Shown: positions 38,413-54,632, numbered from the stretch's first letter. The stretch: 64,000 nt of DNA from the human T2T-CHM13v2.0 reference genome, Homo sapiens (GCF_009914755.1 NC_060925.1); one strand, 5' to 3'. The notes: generated by a model not told the origin, from the letters alone. Numbers and translations are program-made.

Positions 38413-38879
38413 ATGACAGCCAAGAAAATACACCTTGCTGACCTCCAGCTATGGGGATTATAATTGACCAAGATTATAATTGACCCCAGCTGCCACCCTC
38501 TGAAATCCATTACCGTGTTTGCACTGAGGCCACTCTTATCATAGGCTGCTCTAGTTAATGGCTGAGCTTGACAGAGATGTTAAGGCAGACCTGTTATTGA
38601 GAGATACTGGGCTCCTCTGATGGCCTGCTTTGGCTCATGCTCCCTAATGTTTTTCATGGAACTTCAGTAGATTACATGGCAGTCTAAGAAGCTGCCTTCC
38701 CTTCACCCTTTCCTCTTCCTCTGTTCTCCCCTTTCCTTCATCTGTGGGTACACTTGCATCTTGGTTTGACAACTTTTGACTCCTCCCATTTTTTCTCACA
38801 TGGGCATTTTCCTTAATAAAATTTTTGCATTATTAATCTCATACTAATCACTGCTTCTCATTGGAACCAGGCTAACACA
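38413..38879 (+). mobile_element. LTR16-like ERVL solo LTR
   Basis: cccagctgcc...ctgaaatcca...cactgaggccac...ccttaataaaattttt...ctgcttctc...ctaacaca. Confidence 0.65.
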
Positions 38880-39002
38880 TCAATATAGAAAAATCTGAAT
38901 TAAAACCATAAACAACCATAATTGCTATTTGTTTACTTGAAAAATTATACATAGGGTTAAATTTATATTGAACACACACACACACACATATATATATATA
39001 AA

Positions 39003-39293
<291 letters not shown>

Positions 39294-41149
39294 TGAACAC
39301 ATACATTTTTAGATATAGTGCATGTTCCTAAGTCTTGCCTATAGTTTCAGTATGACAGATACATTCGTCAAGCATCATCTACCAATTAGATGTCTTGTGC
39401 TTCTGAATGAAGGTGCATGCTCAATGTCAAGTTCAGCAGGGGGACCTAAACAAAACTTTTTGAAGGGCAAACACATTAACAAAGCCAATGAATATTTTTA
39501 AAAACTTTTTTTGTGTCCCAACATCAAAGAGCCTAGGACTCAGACAGATATGTTCAAATTTTAAACATAGAATAACTTTATGGTGACATACTGCCACTTA
39601 AATATAAAGGGATTGTATACAAAGGGCTACAACAAGTTACTTGGGAAATAATACTGATTACAAAAAGGGAGCTTTTCTTTCTAATGTAGCAATGCTGTGA
39701 ACTCAGTCAGTAGGATTGCTACTCCGAGTTGTTTTTCTGATGATGACTACATTTTGCCCTGGAGCCATTTATCTGGTTTCCTTTAAAACCAGCAATATTG
39801 GCTTCCAAGATGGCTGAATAGCATGTGGGTGCAGTCCGTGGTCATGGATCTTTTCTCTTTACACCCCTGTCTTATTCAGTAAATGCTCAAACTATGACTT
39901 CACTGTCATTAATAGTGGGCTCTAAGCAGCTAATTAAAAGGCTCACACAAAAGAACTACAAATAGCAAGACCCATAACATTTGTCTGGAAAGTGGGGTGT
40001 TTAATGGGCCCACTGTTCCTTCCCTCCAGCCTTTGGCTGGAAAGATTCCTCTTGCACTACCCATCAGAATTTTCTTGGATTTGCCTATAGGCTGTGCAGG
40101 GCTTTCAGAGAGAGTAGTAGGTTCAAGGTGATTGTAAAATTAAATTTTAAAAGATTTTTTAAAAGGAACAAAGAATGATTTTGAGTCGATGGGTCATTTA
40201 AATTTTAGAGTTAGTTTCACCATAAAAATTAATCAAACCATCTGGTTTTCACTGAAAGGTATAACATAATACAATTTTAGTTCTGAATTTTAAGTAGCTT
40301 GTGTAAATAAACTTTAAAAGCAATGTTACAACTTTACGTCAGGAACTAATTTACTGTTACAATTTTATTGTGGAATTAATATTAATTAACATACCTTAAA
40401 GAAATGTCTGGCATTTTCTTAATATATCAAATGTATTAAAAGGTAAAATGGGAGGTTCATTAACCTAGCAGCACCACAAAGATAGTATAAAAAAATCTTT
40501 TGTACTAAAAATAATGGAATATGATTTATAATTCTAGGGAGAATTCTGAAAATAAGCAAATTAAGCATTAAAATCATCATTTTTCAGCACTTTGGTTGAA
40601 GGTCCTCTCACTGTTCCAGTTATACCTGCCTCGCCTTTGTCTCTTTTAATCATCATGTATCTTCCTTCCTCTGGTTCCCGGCATTCAGAGCTGAGAGTGG
40701 CATGAGAGGTGTCTCTGAAGCCTCAGGGTGATGTGATGGGAGCCCTGGTGCCCTCACTGCCAGCACTGCCAGGGGCTTAATTGGCTCAGCTAGTATAACT
40801 TAAGACAAACTCTTCTAAAGCTGAGACTCATGTTACATTAGCCTTAGTGACACCTTTTAATGCATATGGGATTTTTCTCCCTGTATTTCAAAAGTGCTCG
40901 GGGATTTGCAGGATTGTGCATAGAACTCAGTTTCAACTACATTCATGTATATACAGACACACACACCACACAAATATGTTTATATACCTTTCAGAGGAAA
41001 ATGTAAATTTGGAAATAAATTAAAGAATGAAATCAACAGTATTTTTTAAATGTTTTACATTGTCTTTTTTTCTTAAAAAACATTACGAATATAGTTCTAT
41101 TATTCATTATTGAATTGCTTACTCTCAGTGTCCCCAAAGTGCATGCACG

Positions 41150-41380
41150 TTGGCTCCAAGAGGCTTGAGAATTCTTTTCTCTTTTTATTACTGTATCTTG
41201 AGATTCTGGAATGATGCGTGATGCATTTGTTGAATGAATAAATAAATGAATGAAAGAATGAATGAAGTCTTAAAATGACAGTTATGTAATATCTCAGTTT
41301 TCTAATCTTCTAAATGAGGAAAATGATAACTCCCTCACAAAGTTGTGAAGAAGATTAGATGATACAGGACAGGTATGCTC
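41150..41380 (+). mobile_element. L2 3' tail with (GAAT)n, followed by a MIR fragment
   Basis: tttgttgaatgaataaataaatgaatgaa; ctcagttttctaatc..taaatgaggaaaatgataac. Confidence 0.65.
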
Positions 41381-41431
41381 TTAACCTAACTATTGGAAAA
41401 AAAATATTGGTTGCCTTTTCTTTCTTCTAGG

Positions 41432-41765
41432 GAGTGGTCCTGCAAGTGTTTGACGTCAACCCTGTGGGAGGCATTTTGGAAATTAGTTGGGGAATCCTTG
41501 GTTATGGAAGGGAGAAGTCACTGTTAGTGTCAGGGATTCTAGATGTCCTGTACTGCATGGGAGAACTACACACAATAAAAACTGCCCCATGTCATAAATG
41601 ACTTTTGATTGTCTCACTGGACATTCATGTAGCTGAAAAACTTGTTTATACTTATTGAAACTAGGACCTCACTCCATATTACATATAAAAACAAAATATT
41701 TGTACTGAATGTAAATTGTCAGAAATGCAACTACCATGCAAGTCAAGCAAAGATTGAACTTTAAA
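41432..41765. mobile_element. MER20B-like hAT-Charlie fragment
   Basis: gcattttggaaat...agatgtcctg...cactggacattcatgtagctgaaaaacttgtttata...aaatgcaactacc. Confidence 0.6.
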
Positions 41766-42277
41766 AAATATTTTCAATGGAGAGCTTAGTATTTGGGGTA
41801 TTTCAAAATAGTTTTAAAACATTTGAATCATATGAAAGGATCGAAAATGAAAAACAAAAATATCCCTTCTCTCACTTCTATTCCTAGCTCCAGTCCTAAA
41901 GATAATTCTTTTTGAACAGTTTCTGGTTTTTTTTTTAGGTCCTTTTGCAATTATAATTGTCATTTCACATAAATGAAACAACTGAAATTTCAGTATGAGC
42001 TGAAATTTATACTGACATTTCTTAGTACATCAACCTCAAACAATGTCAGTGTATTTAACACTACTTTCCCTTCCTCTCTTTCTATCTGCTGGTTATCTTA
42101 TTATTTTTACATTAAAAATTTATAATATACACTCTGTATTGTATGGGTCTTCTGTGCTTTTTTTCTGTAGCCCAGTTCTTTAAAATTAAATGAAACTGTT
42201 TGAAGTGTAATTTGGATGTAAGTATTCTATACTGCAGAAAAACTGATATGAATGGGCCCATTAAAAAAAGGAATGTT

Positions 42278-42355
42278 GCATAGTATTCCATGTATACATA
42301 TGTAACTAACCTGCACAATGTGCACATGTACCCTAAAACTTAAAGTATAATAATA
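42278..42355 (+). mobile_element. 78-bp L1PA2-type insertion with 5' inversion
   Basis: Perfect 15-bp TSD aaaaaaaggaatgtt (42263-42277 / 42356-42370) at a TT/AAAA site; L1 3' end plus 13-15 nt of antisense L1. Confidence 0.93.
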
Positions 42356-43009
42356 AAAAAAAGGAATGTTATTTTATGTTACAATTCTCTGTTTAACAAT
42401 AATACAGTCTCACAGTCCAATAGAATCCCTTATTTTCCTGTCAGCTTTTCTTGTTCCCACTCATTCTTGTTATCTCATTCATGTTTTTGTGGGTATTCCT
42501 CATGTTTTTCTGGAGTATTTATTCAAGCACTTTTTTCATATGAGTACATGAAAGGTAATTTTCTTTAACTTGGCTTTGCATATCCCCAAATATCTTTATA
42601 TCTTTCTCTCTTAATGTCTTCTCTTACATTTGATAGTTTTAATTTTGTCTCAAAATGTGGAGAGGAAGTTGCTTCAGAGTGTTCTAGCACTCATTGATGC
42701 TAAACAGAAGACTGGTATCTATGAGTTTGTAAGGTGTCAGATTTTCCACTATGAAAGCTTTCTTGATTTTTCTCTTTATTTTTAGAATCTAGATTATTTA
42801 CAGGTATAGACATTTTCTTCATTTATTATTGGTAGGCTCTTGTAATGAGAATATGTATCTGTTTTTTAACTCAGAAACTTTTGAGTTAAAAATAAGAATT
42901 TCTATTTTATTATTTTTTGCTTCTATTATTTCTGTTTTCTTACATCTGGAGCTGTTATTACTAGATATTTAAACTTTGGAATCTCTATATTTCTGAAATT
43001 TTCTTTTGT

Positions 43010-43150
43010 CCTTTGGGCAAATGAATCATTCTATGCCTCAGTTTTCTTATATATAAAATGGAAATGATAACAATAGTGTCTTCTTAGATTGTTCAGTAAT
43101 GCCAAGTGCTTACAGCAGTGTCTGGCATATATTAGGAGCTAGATAGGTAC
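43010..43150 (+). mobile_element. MIR fragment
   Basis: ttgggcaaatga...tgcctcagttttctt.tatataaaatgg...agtgcttacagcagtgtctggcata. Confidence 0.8.
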
Positions 43151-43873
43151 TCTGTGGCATATAGTAGGCCTATACGTAACTCTGTATTATGGGAGGTTTC
43201 CTTGATTTTATCTCCCTGATTAGCTTTACTTGAGAACTGTCCTTTCTACTATTCAGATATTCACTATTATAATAGCAATCACATTAACAAATTCCCAAGT
43301 CTGTTATTTTCTTATTGCTATTTTTTGTAGCACTTCTTTTTAAAAAAATTGTTTTGTGATCCCTGTGGACCATATACCTGCACACAGACATATTTAATTA
43401 ATTAATGTTTACTGTGATTACTGGTATAGATGACTTTAATATAACTTAATAATAATTATTATAATAATTTCAAAATTAATAACAATGTTATTCAATTCCC
43501 AAATGCTTCAACTTAGCTTCTTTGTTTTCTTTTCCTGTCTTCTATTAGATTGAGTTACCTTATTCTCTCTTCCTCACACTATTGGTTTGAAGTGACAGAT
43601 TCCATCCTAGTCTTTTAATTATTAGCATGGAATTTTATTATACATACTTGACATAAAAGTTTAAATTTTATACATTTTGGCCAAGTAGAGCAAGGACCTT
43701 ACAATGATTAAACTCTAAACTTAAATGCTATTTTTGTCTAATTTATTTTTCCTTTTATTTTAAAATTACTCACATGTTTATAAATTTCTTTGCTGACTGT
43801 TGCTTCTTGCAAACACTTCCCTCTTCTGGGTCCAATTTCCTTCTACTCAAACCACACTGTTTAGAAGTTCTGC

Positions 43874-44738
43874 TGCTGCCAGAAAAAGAGGACACCCCAA
43901 GAGCGCATTCTTCAATCTTGCACAGGAAGGAATTCAAGGCGAGTTGTGGGGTGCAGTGAGAAGAGGTAGTTTATTGAAAGCTACTCAGTTACAGACAAAG
44001 GCATCCTCGTCTTTGTCTTAAGTTTTTCTTAGATAGGGGTCTTATCTATGTAAAAGCTAAACTAAGCTGTATCTACATGCAAGTGGGCTGACGGCATGAC
44101 AAAATTTATTATTCTTTTGATTTAAAGAAAGCTATCATTGTTTTCTTTTAGTGCATAAATACTTCAAAGCATAACTATAATTATCTTGAAAGCACATACT
44201 GTTACGGGTATTAGGACATCTGGGCTTTCTGTTGTTGTAGGAATGCATCCTTGCAGGTATCTTTAGGCTGTGTCCTCAACTGTAAACATCTTATGACCAT
44301 AGGTCATGACAGGCAAGGAATGTGCCTTGCTAGTCTCAAGATGGAGCTGAACTTAAAATGGCATTACTCGTCCAGGCGCAGTGGCTCACACCTGTAATCC
44401 CAGCACTTTGGGAGGCCGAGGCGGGTGGATCACGAGGTCAGGAGTTCAAGACCAGCCTGGCCAAGATGATGAAACCTCATCTCTGCTAAAAATACAAAAA
44501 AAAAAAAAAAATTACCGGGCATGGTGGCAGGTGCCAGTAATCCCAGCTACTTGGGAGGCTGAGGTAGAGAATTGCTTCAACCTAGGAGACAGAGGTTGCA
44601 GTAAGCTGAGATTGCGCCACTGCACTCCAGCCTGGGTGACAGAGTGAAATTCCATCTCAAAAAAAAAAAAAAAAGAAAGAAAGAAAGAAAAGAAAAACGG
44701 CATTACTCTGACTCTCCTGGGCGCCTGCTTCCCTAACA
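43874..44738 (-). mobile_element. ERV solo LTR (LTR47A-like; subfamily uncertain), interrupted by an Alu
   Basis: Minus strand begins TGTTAGGGAAGCAGG; U5-like cccaagag...ttctt..atcttgcacaggaaggaattca. Confidence 0.75.
44370..44693 (+). mobile_element. AluSg
   Basis: ggatcacgaggtcaggagttc...ccaagatg; TSD aaaatggcattactc/aaaacggcattactc. Confidence 0.95.
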
Positions 44739-44970
44739 CTTTCACTGAGAATCTTTCGGCACTAAACTCACTCTTTGAAAGCCTAAAAATGTCTTTATTT
44801 TGCTCTTTTTCTTGAAAATGCCCTTGGAGGGTATCAATTTATTGTTTTGGGACCTCTTCTTATTGTCTGTTTTTATAGGTAATTTGTCCTTTCTTCTCAA
44901 CTGAGTTTAAGATTTTGTCTTTGATACTCTGCAGTTCATCTACAATGAGTCAAGATAGGTACTTCTTTTA

Positions 44971-46025
44971 CAATTGACTTTTGAACAACGTGGGGATTAA
45001 GGATGCTGACCTCTTTGTGTGGTTGAAAATCCACATATCCAAGTATAACTTTCTCTTTTTTTTGCTTCAAACTTCTTCTTCTTCCCTTTTTTTTTTTTTT
45101 TTTTTGGATTGACAGGGTATATGTCCAGGTTTGTTATATGGGTATATTGCGTGATGCTGAGGTTTGAGCTTCTAATGATCCTATTGCTCAAGTAGGGAAC
45201 ATAATACCTGATGGGTAGTTTTTCAATCCTTGCCACCCTCCCTCTCTCCCCCATTTTGGACACATATAACTTTTTACTTCCCAATAGTCTACTGTTGACC
45301 AAAAGCCTTACTGATAACATAAACATTCAATTGACACATATTTTGGATGTGTATTATATACTTTACTCTTGCAATAAAGTAAGCTATATGAAAAAACTGT
45401 TATTAAGAAAGCCATAAGAAGGAGAAAATACATTATAATACTGTACTGTATTTATCAATACCATAAGTTTACATCATCAGCTTTTTGCGGTGATAATGCA
45501 ATTTACTGGAGAGACACACTGCTCATGTGGAGATGATGAGTATGTCACTGTGTTTTAAACAGATACTTGCAACACCTGAGCTCACTGCAATAGCAGAAAG
45601 TGGTGGCTACAAAATTACTACAATAGTAAAGTACGTAGTTCAGTTAATTTTATGCAGCTATGATTTAATACTGCATTTTACATTTGTTCACATTTATGTG
45701 AACTGTGAATGGCACCATGTATGGTCTATAAGTGTGTGTGTTAATTTTGATAAATTTTAACTTTTTATAATAGATTTGTGTGTATTTTATGATAGTAAAT
45801 AATAAAGGCGACTGGTACCTACATGTATTTTATTCATCCATGACATACTTAACTTAAAAATTCTTTTTTCAGTATTTCGAGGCAATGGGGTTTGTCTGTG
45901 AGGTTTTTCTTTTTTTCAAATTATCACAAATCTCCAAAAAAAATTTTCAATATATTTTTTTGAAAAAAATCCATGTGTAAAATGGACCCATGCAGTTCAA
46001 ACCTGTGTTGCACAAGGGTCAACTG
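44971..46025. mobile_element. Tigger2b-like Tc1/mariner-type DNA transposon
   Basis: TIRs caattgacttttgaacaac ... gttgcacaagggtcaactg, flanked by TA on both sides. Confidence 0.88.
45053..45261 (-). mobile_element. L1PA15/16-like 3' end inserted in the Tigger2
   Basis: caggtttgttatatgggtatattgcgtgatgctgaggtttg with poly(T); TSD tataacttt. Confidence 0.8.
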
Positions 46026-47367
46026 TATTTATTTTTCCTTAAGTTTTTGTCTGATTTTATGATTCAAATCATTACAAATTTTGAAAAACAATTCAGCAAT
46101 AATCTTTGAACATTGCCTCTCTTCTTTTTTTTCCTCTTTCTGAAACCCCTCTTAGATACTCATTGGATCTTCACATTTTACTTCCATGCCTTATAACCTC
46201 ACTATACTATTTTCTATCCTTTCATGTCTCTGTCTATTTGAGTATTTTCTAGGTCTGTCTTCTAGTTTACTAATTATATTTCCAACTGTCTAGCATGTTA
46301 TTTAGCCCATCCATTTGGTTTTAAGTCTCAATCACTATGTTGTTCATTTCCAGCTATTACATTCAGTTTATTTTCTATTCTGTTTTTTTTAAATACTATC
46401 ATATGTTTCTTGTAGTTTCTACCTCCTTTTGCCATTTAAATTATTTTAAATAAAACTATGTTATGGTCAATTTATGAGCAGTATATTAAGTTCCTGAAAT
46501 GCTAATCCTTTTGTTTGTTGTACCTTCTGACTCTTACTCATGCTCAATCATTTTTGCATGTGTTTTGTAATTTTTGTTCATGAGCTAATCTTCAGTGGAT
46601 TTTGGGTTTTTTATGACAGTTCTCATGTCCTGTTTGTTGAAGGGTTGAGACAAAACAGTTTTAGATGTGCTTCTGCCAGGCAAATGGATACGGTAGGACC
46701 ATACTGGGGACAACATTTATATATATATTTTTTTGCATTGAGAGAGTCTCTCACTAAATAGATTAAATTCTAACTCCAAATTGTCACAGGACTGTGACAT
46801 GCTTTTTTTCTATATCCCTAAACTCTGGACAAAGATAAATTTTCTTGCTACACACAGAGACTATTGAGGAGTATTTTTCTAGTCTTTCATTGAGAAGATA
46901 GCCTTTTGAGAAGCCTGGTTTTATATAGGGGACTGAGTTCCAATTACTACATACCTATGCACCAAAGATTTTTTTTTTCTATTCCTGAATGGTGTTAGAA
47001 TCCAACTACCTTGCTAAGATCCATTTCTTGATGTGACAACATTACTGTATTTCTTTATGGTCCTGTTTTTCCATTCCCTCTTTTGCTTCTGTCACTTGGA
47101 AATTTCCCTTTCTTTTCTTTCAAGCCCAATTTTATATTAATTTTTATTGTTACTGTTTTATTTCATGTATCATTGATAGTATTTTAGCTCCTTTTTATCA
47201 CTGCCTACCAATTTGCCCCCACAGAAATTCTAATCATTTATACATTTTGAAGTTCATTTCTTTTTTTCTTGAAATTATCCCTGTTTTCTCTGATGGCATT
47301 TTCCCCACTTTCTGTGCTGAGGTATCTGAAATTCCTATTTTTTTGTTTATATTTTTGAATAAAAAAT

Positions 47368-47599
47368 TGGCTCACTGCAGCTACAAACATCCAAGCTTAG
47401 TCAATCCTCCCATTTCAGCCTCCTGAGTAGCTGGGACTGCAGATGTGTGACACCACACCCAGCTAATTTTCTTATTTTTTGTAGAGATGGAGTCTCACTA
47501 TGTTGCCCAGGCAGGTCTCAAACTCCTGGCCTGAAGTGATCCTCCCACCTCAGCCTCCCTAAGTGCTGGGATTACAGGTGTCAGCCACCATGCCCAGCT
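47368..47599 (-). mobile_element. Partial AluJb
   Basis: gtagagatggagtctcactatgttgcccagg; 3' end missing. Confidence 0.88.
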
Positions 47600-50500
47600 T
47601 GGTGTGGGGTTCTTCTGAAGTTTCATAGTTCTGTTTTATGACATGCCACTCCCTTAAATAGGAAGGCTAATTCTAGACTCCATAATTTTCCCAGACCTGT
47701 TGGAACCTTTGTTATTACTACAGCTTTACCATAGGATGGAGTGCTTTAGTGTGTTTTACCACTGGATGGAGCTGCCTTCTCTTTGAATTAATTTCCTCAG
47801 TGACTGATGTGATGGTTTATCGTTACCTTTGACTCTATTCTGCTCCTCTTGCAGGCTTTGAAAAATATATTAAATTCTTCTCCAGGTAAAAAAGCAAGTT
47901 TGAGTTTTATCCTTGAGGGCTAAAACATATACTTCATATACTTTGTGTATGAGGAGGCTATGAGCAAAGGAAAGCTGCCTAAATGATTGGGCTATGCCAA
48001 CAGCAATTATATATTTAATTGTCACCATAGTCCACTCCTTCTCTTGGTGGTAGCTGCTTCTGAACTAATAGCTCTCCAGGACCCTTTTGACAAGAGCCAT
48101 TCTTACTTCTGATGTTTTGGAATAAAACTTTTCCTGACTTGTTTTCTTCATCAACTTGAAATTTTCTGGCCCTTCTAACTTTCCAGCCATCTTATGGTTC
48201 CATTCCTCTAAAAACACTGTTGTCTTTTCAGTGGGACCTCCTTAATGAGGAGAAGTAGATGCATGTATTCAGTCTGCCATCGTAAATCCGGAGCCCTTAT
48301 CAATATTTTAGAAGCAAAGCATTTAAATAAAGGAGCAAATGTATTTTAAAGTTTTTATAGTAATTTGAGTAAAGCATACAAATATAAAAGTGAACAAATA
48401 TAAATGTACAGCTCAATGAATTTTTATGAAGTGAATACCCATGTGTCTAGATCATGAAACAAAATACTGCCAGGGTCCTGTTTTGGCAAGGGAGATACAT
48501 AAGATTTGTTCTCAAAAAAGATCAGACTTCTACAAGTGGATAAGTGACTCTCTCAGCTATCTCTTGGCCAATTTTTGCTCCTTCTCCAGTGGGTAAATGA
48601 ACATTTTGAATGTTATTCCATTTTCTGGTTTTATTGAAAACTATCTTTGGACACTTGCAGGTTGTCACAAGCCATTTCTTCCCTTTAGCCACTGAACCAC
48701 ACTTGCCTGAAAGATTTTGGACTATTTCCTAAGGAGACTATTTTGGTCTTTATAACATATTGTCCTTTTACTGGTCACTGCCATCAGAATGAGTCTAAGT
48801 GTCTCTTTCAGATAGTTCAGAGGTTATAGTAGTTTCATCTTTCTAGTATAGAAATTTGAAAAATTTAGAGATGTATCAGGATTTTATATAAATAAATATG
48901 CTGAGTAGTAATACAATAAAATTTTAAATTTCCCCATAATTAGAAAGTTGCAAACATCATAATGCTCTACACATAGTTGCTAATAACTGTGGAATTCTTT
49001 CAGGTTTCATTTCCAAATGTTTAGTCAATCCTATCAGCTAGAGATTTCTTCAGGCCGCTTTTCCGCCTAACTCAGTCCATCTTCGGTAACTTAACTATTA
49101 CATGCATATAAAATCTTTTTTATTGCTCACTGATCAATAACTTGTCATGGCTTTCAAGTTCATTCGGATTATTTCTCATCTTTTTTGAAATAAAAAAGTT
49201 TTTGGATTATTTTTCATCTTTTAAAGCAAATGGCTTATGTATAGATTATGATTGAACTTTTCGTTTTCTTCTGAAATAATTGTCTGCTCTGGGGTTTTCC
49301 TTCTTCTCTGCTGCCCATCTTTCTTTTATCCTGGAGGCAAGATTTGTTCACGGATCCAGAAACAATTCCACATAGCAGATGAGAAGGGCATGGAACACAG
49401 GGGAAGGGGCAGCAGGAGTTAGCAGTAGGAAAGAGTAGAAAGGCAGGTATTCCAGACCATTATTTAGCTGAAAGCTATAGGACACTACTGAAGGATATTA
49501 AGCAGGGGAGCAGCATGGCATCCCAATTCTTACCCATTCTGTATAGAGAAGAGAGAGTCCAAAAACCACAGTTTCCTTCATGCTACACTCTAGTTCAAAA
49601 ACTTTGAATGCCCTTCTATGGCCTTCTGAATCCACATCAGATTTCCTTCAGATATCTAGGTGGGTGAGGTCACAAATCACTGCAATTAATATTAAAATGT
49701 TTTAACAATGCTAAATTATGATTATAAATAAGATGAACAAGTACTATGACAAGTTAGTGATATAGATTAAATCGGAATTAGGTCATTATGGGCATGAGCA
49801 TTCATTAAAGAGATGAAAATTGAGAGTTATATCTTAGCAAATATATGTGTATATATTTATGTGTTTCATTATATTTTGAATAAAGACTGATGTGACTGAG
49901 CAGGGAGATATTTCAGGAGAGGAGAATTACATAGACACAAGAGTGGTGTGAACACCAGATGTGAAGGACAATGAAAACCCTCCCATGATTAGATAGAATT
50001 GAACAGACCAGAAGCTGGAAATAGACTGAATGAGACAAAAGAAGGTCAGTTGATGAAGCCCTTGATCTGAGTGAGTGTATGTTCTTGAAAATAAAATAAA
50101 AAATTTTAGAAATTCTTAGAATATATTTTTATTTTGAAATGTAGTGAGGTTCAAGGGAAACTCAAAGGAGAAATCTTGAAGAAAAAGAGATTTAGCCCCT
50201 ATCAAAAGGCTATATTTTGGCAAATGGATACTAAGCTAAAATAATAAATTTGTTCATCAGAGTGTAGGGTACTGAGGTGAAGAGAGGTAGGAAGGGATTG
50301 AGAGGAGCTGGGGGCAGCTGTAGAGAAGGAGTGCTGATGGAAAAGTTGACTCCACCGTGAGTGAGCTCTGAGCAGTGGAGACTACTGGAAAACTAGCGAG
50401 GCAGGAATAAAAAAGTGTGCAGAACCCAAACAACCCAAACACTGTTTTGGCTAGAACCTTCTCTAAGAGAATTTAACAATGTAACTCATGATACCTTTAG

Positions 50501-50915
50501 ATTTTCTCAGCTTATTATTCTGAATCAGTGTCTTTTTTAAAGTCTTTGTTAAATTCATAAAATAAGAAAGTTCAATATTGTCAAAACCAAACAAAAAATA
50601 AATCATTCTACTATAGTTACCCGTACCCTCAAACGTGTTTATAATTCACACAGACCCGTGAGAGCCTTATTGTTTATTATATACGAAAGTTCGCCATTGC
50701 TCTAGTATTATTTCTCTCTGTTGCTAGTAGAAAAAGACCCATACATACAATTGTTAATAGAAATAAAGGGAACAATATGTAATGACAAAAAAATACAGCT
50801 TATGAAGAAAAAAACCCAAAGTACCCAAATAGAAATGAGGCATTATCTATACTCTATGGAATGTAATAAACATTTTTAATGGATTTTGTTCAACATCTAG
50901 TTTTGCCTTTTCTTT

Positions 50916-51010
50916 TTCCCCCCACTGTCCCCTCCTTTCCTCCCTTCCTCCCTTTCCTTCCTCCCTCCCTCCCTCCGTCCCTCCCTCCCTCCCTCCCTCC
51001 CTTCCTTCTT
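50916..51010. repeat. Polypyrimidine (CCTT)/(CCCT)n tract
   Basis: Read directly. Confidence 0.9.
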
Positions 51011-51842
51011 ATCAAGATAAAAATATTTGACAGTCTTCATCAATGCGAGCTGTTATATCTCCACTCTGAAGAATTAAAAAGAAACCCTAAAGTAGCCTTA
51101 AAATTATGCATAGGACACAACTGGGTTGAATAGAATCCTTTGGAGGACATTATTCATCTGCAAGTCTTGAGAATTTGATGTTTTTGTGTGTGTATGATTT
51201 GTGTGTTAGTTGTGCTAATTATACATCATGTTTAGAAAAATACTATTTTGTTGAACAGTGTAAATGTCAGTCTCATTAGCCATCATTATTACCCATCAGG
51301 ATGAAGGCACTTTCAATGAATGATAATTTCCCCTCATATTTCTGTGGATGCATACAAATGTAAACTTTGTTTTTTATGTTCGTTCATCTTATTTTCAGCA
51401 TCAGTAACCCTTCTTTCTTTCAAAGTGTTTTCAAACCAACTTCTAAACTTGAAAAATGAAAATTGGCCTTATAAACTACTAGCTTAAACTAGTTCAAATT
51501 AATTCATGGGGAAAAGAGAGAGCAAACTCATGGAAGACCCATTCTTGGGCAACTAAATTCTGATAATGTTAGCAATGTAGTTTGAAAGGTGAATGTTGGG
51601 GAGGTACAATTTGATACTGATTATTTAAACTGTCCAATTTTAGCCTGACCAATGCAAATGACTCTATCTTTACCCCATTTCCAACTGGATTCTCTCTATT
51701 TAGACATAGTTGTCAGTGCGCTTTTGCTAAAATACGCTTTCTAAAAGAAACTACCTGGCAGTTAAAAATGATGATATATAAGTTCCTCCAGTCCTCTGGC
51801 ATTATTATTGAAGCAGGGCTATAAAAATTCTTATGCTTTTCA

Positions 51843-52120
51843 GGCCAGGAGTGGTGGCTCATGCCTGTAATCCCAGCAGTTTGGGAGGTTGAGCAGGTGA
51901 ATCACTTGAGGCCAGGAGTTTGAGACCAGCCTGGCCAACATAATGAAATTCCATTTCTACTAAAAGTAGAAAAAATTAGCCAGGTGCGGTGGAGGATGCC
52001 TGTAATCCCAGCTGCTGGGGAGACTGAGGCATGAGAATTGCTTTACCCTAGGAGACAGAGGCTACAGTGAGCCGAGGTCATGCCACTGCACTCCAGCCTG
52101 GGTGACAGAGTGAGACTCTA

Positions 52121-52156
<36 letters not shown>
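51843..52156 (+). mobile_element. Old AluS/J with tail converted to about (CA)18
   Basis: TSD attcttatgcttttca / aatcttatgcttttca. Confidence 0.95.
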
Positions 52157-52160
<4 letters not shown>

Positions 52161-52529
52161 TTATGCTTTTCAAATAATTTTTGTGTCTGTTTATTTTGAC
52201 CCCTATAATAACATGCTGAGGTATGATAAGAAATTCCTAGAGAATGCCTCCTAAAATCCTTACCTGTGGTTACACTAAGACCCAAAGAAGGAAAATTATT
52301 TGCCCAAGGTTATATTAATAACATCGGCATTACTAGATACAGTGCATTTATTATGTTGTACATTTGATACCAGGCACATAGGAGATAATAAATATTTGCT
52401 AAAGTATGCTGTTCTAATTTAAATATGTGCAAAACTGAAAGACATAAAAAAGTGGTGACTTAAGTGAGGTTTCACAAGTTAATGATAAAACTGGAACTGG
52501 AAATTTGAGTCACAGTTCATTTTCTTTTT

Positions 52530-54117
<1,588 letters not shown>

Positions 54118-54632
54118 TTATTGAACAACACAAACAGGGAGACAGGGATCAAACAGCAACAAAATATTGAAAATCAGTTTTCACTGAGGAATATGGCACA
54201 ACCAGACAAGAGTAGATATTACCTAGGAACTGTTCTGTAAGAGCACTGATTCCTGGTCTGGATACCATAATCCAACTGTAATTGTTGGTGGGAATCTACT
54301 GAGTTCGGGTTTATCTTCTTAAAAGGTAAAAAAGTCCTTAGGACTTCATCAATGTGACAGAAAGTATTTATCAAGAATGGATGATAAAATGTTCACTAAA
54401 CAATGAAATGAAATTATATGCTACAAATGTTAAATAATATACAGAAATGAAGATGATGAAACTTTAGAGTTAACTTTCAGTCTCTTTTTTCACTGACATA
54501 CAGTAAAGCATTTAGCCTGATATATTTAAGAACATTTTTCTTCTCCTAGTTTATTTTGTAAATTTTTCTATATTTATCATCTCATTCTGCATTCTTGACT
54601 GACCTGCCTCATATTGATCTGCAGTATACTGT

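Noticed and set aside
49004-49085. Possible + strand exon (ttctttcag|...TCG|GTAACT) with several CpGs
   Set aside because: Stops in all three frames and only moderate splice sites; not supportable without RNA data.
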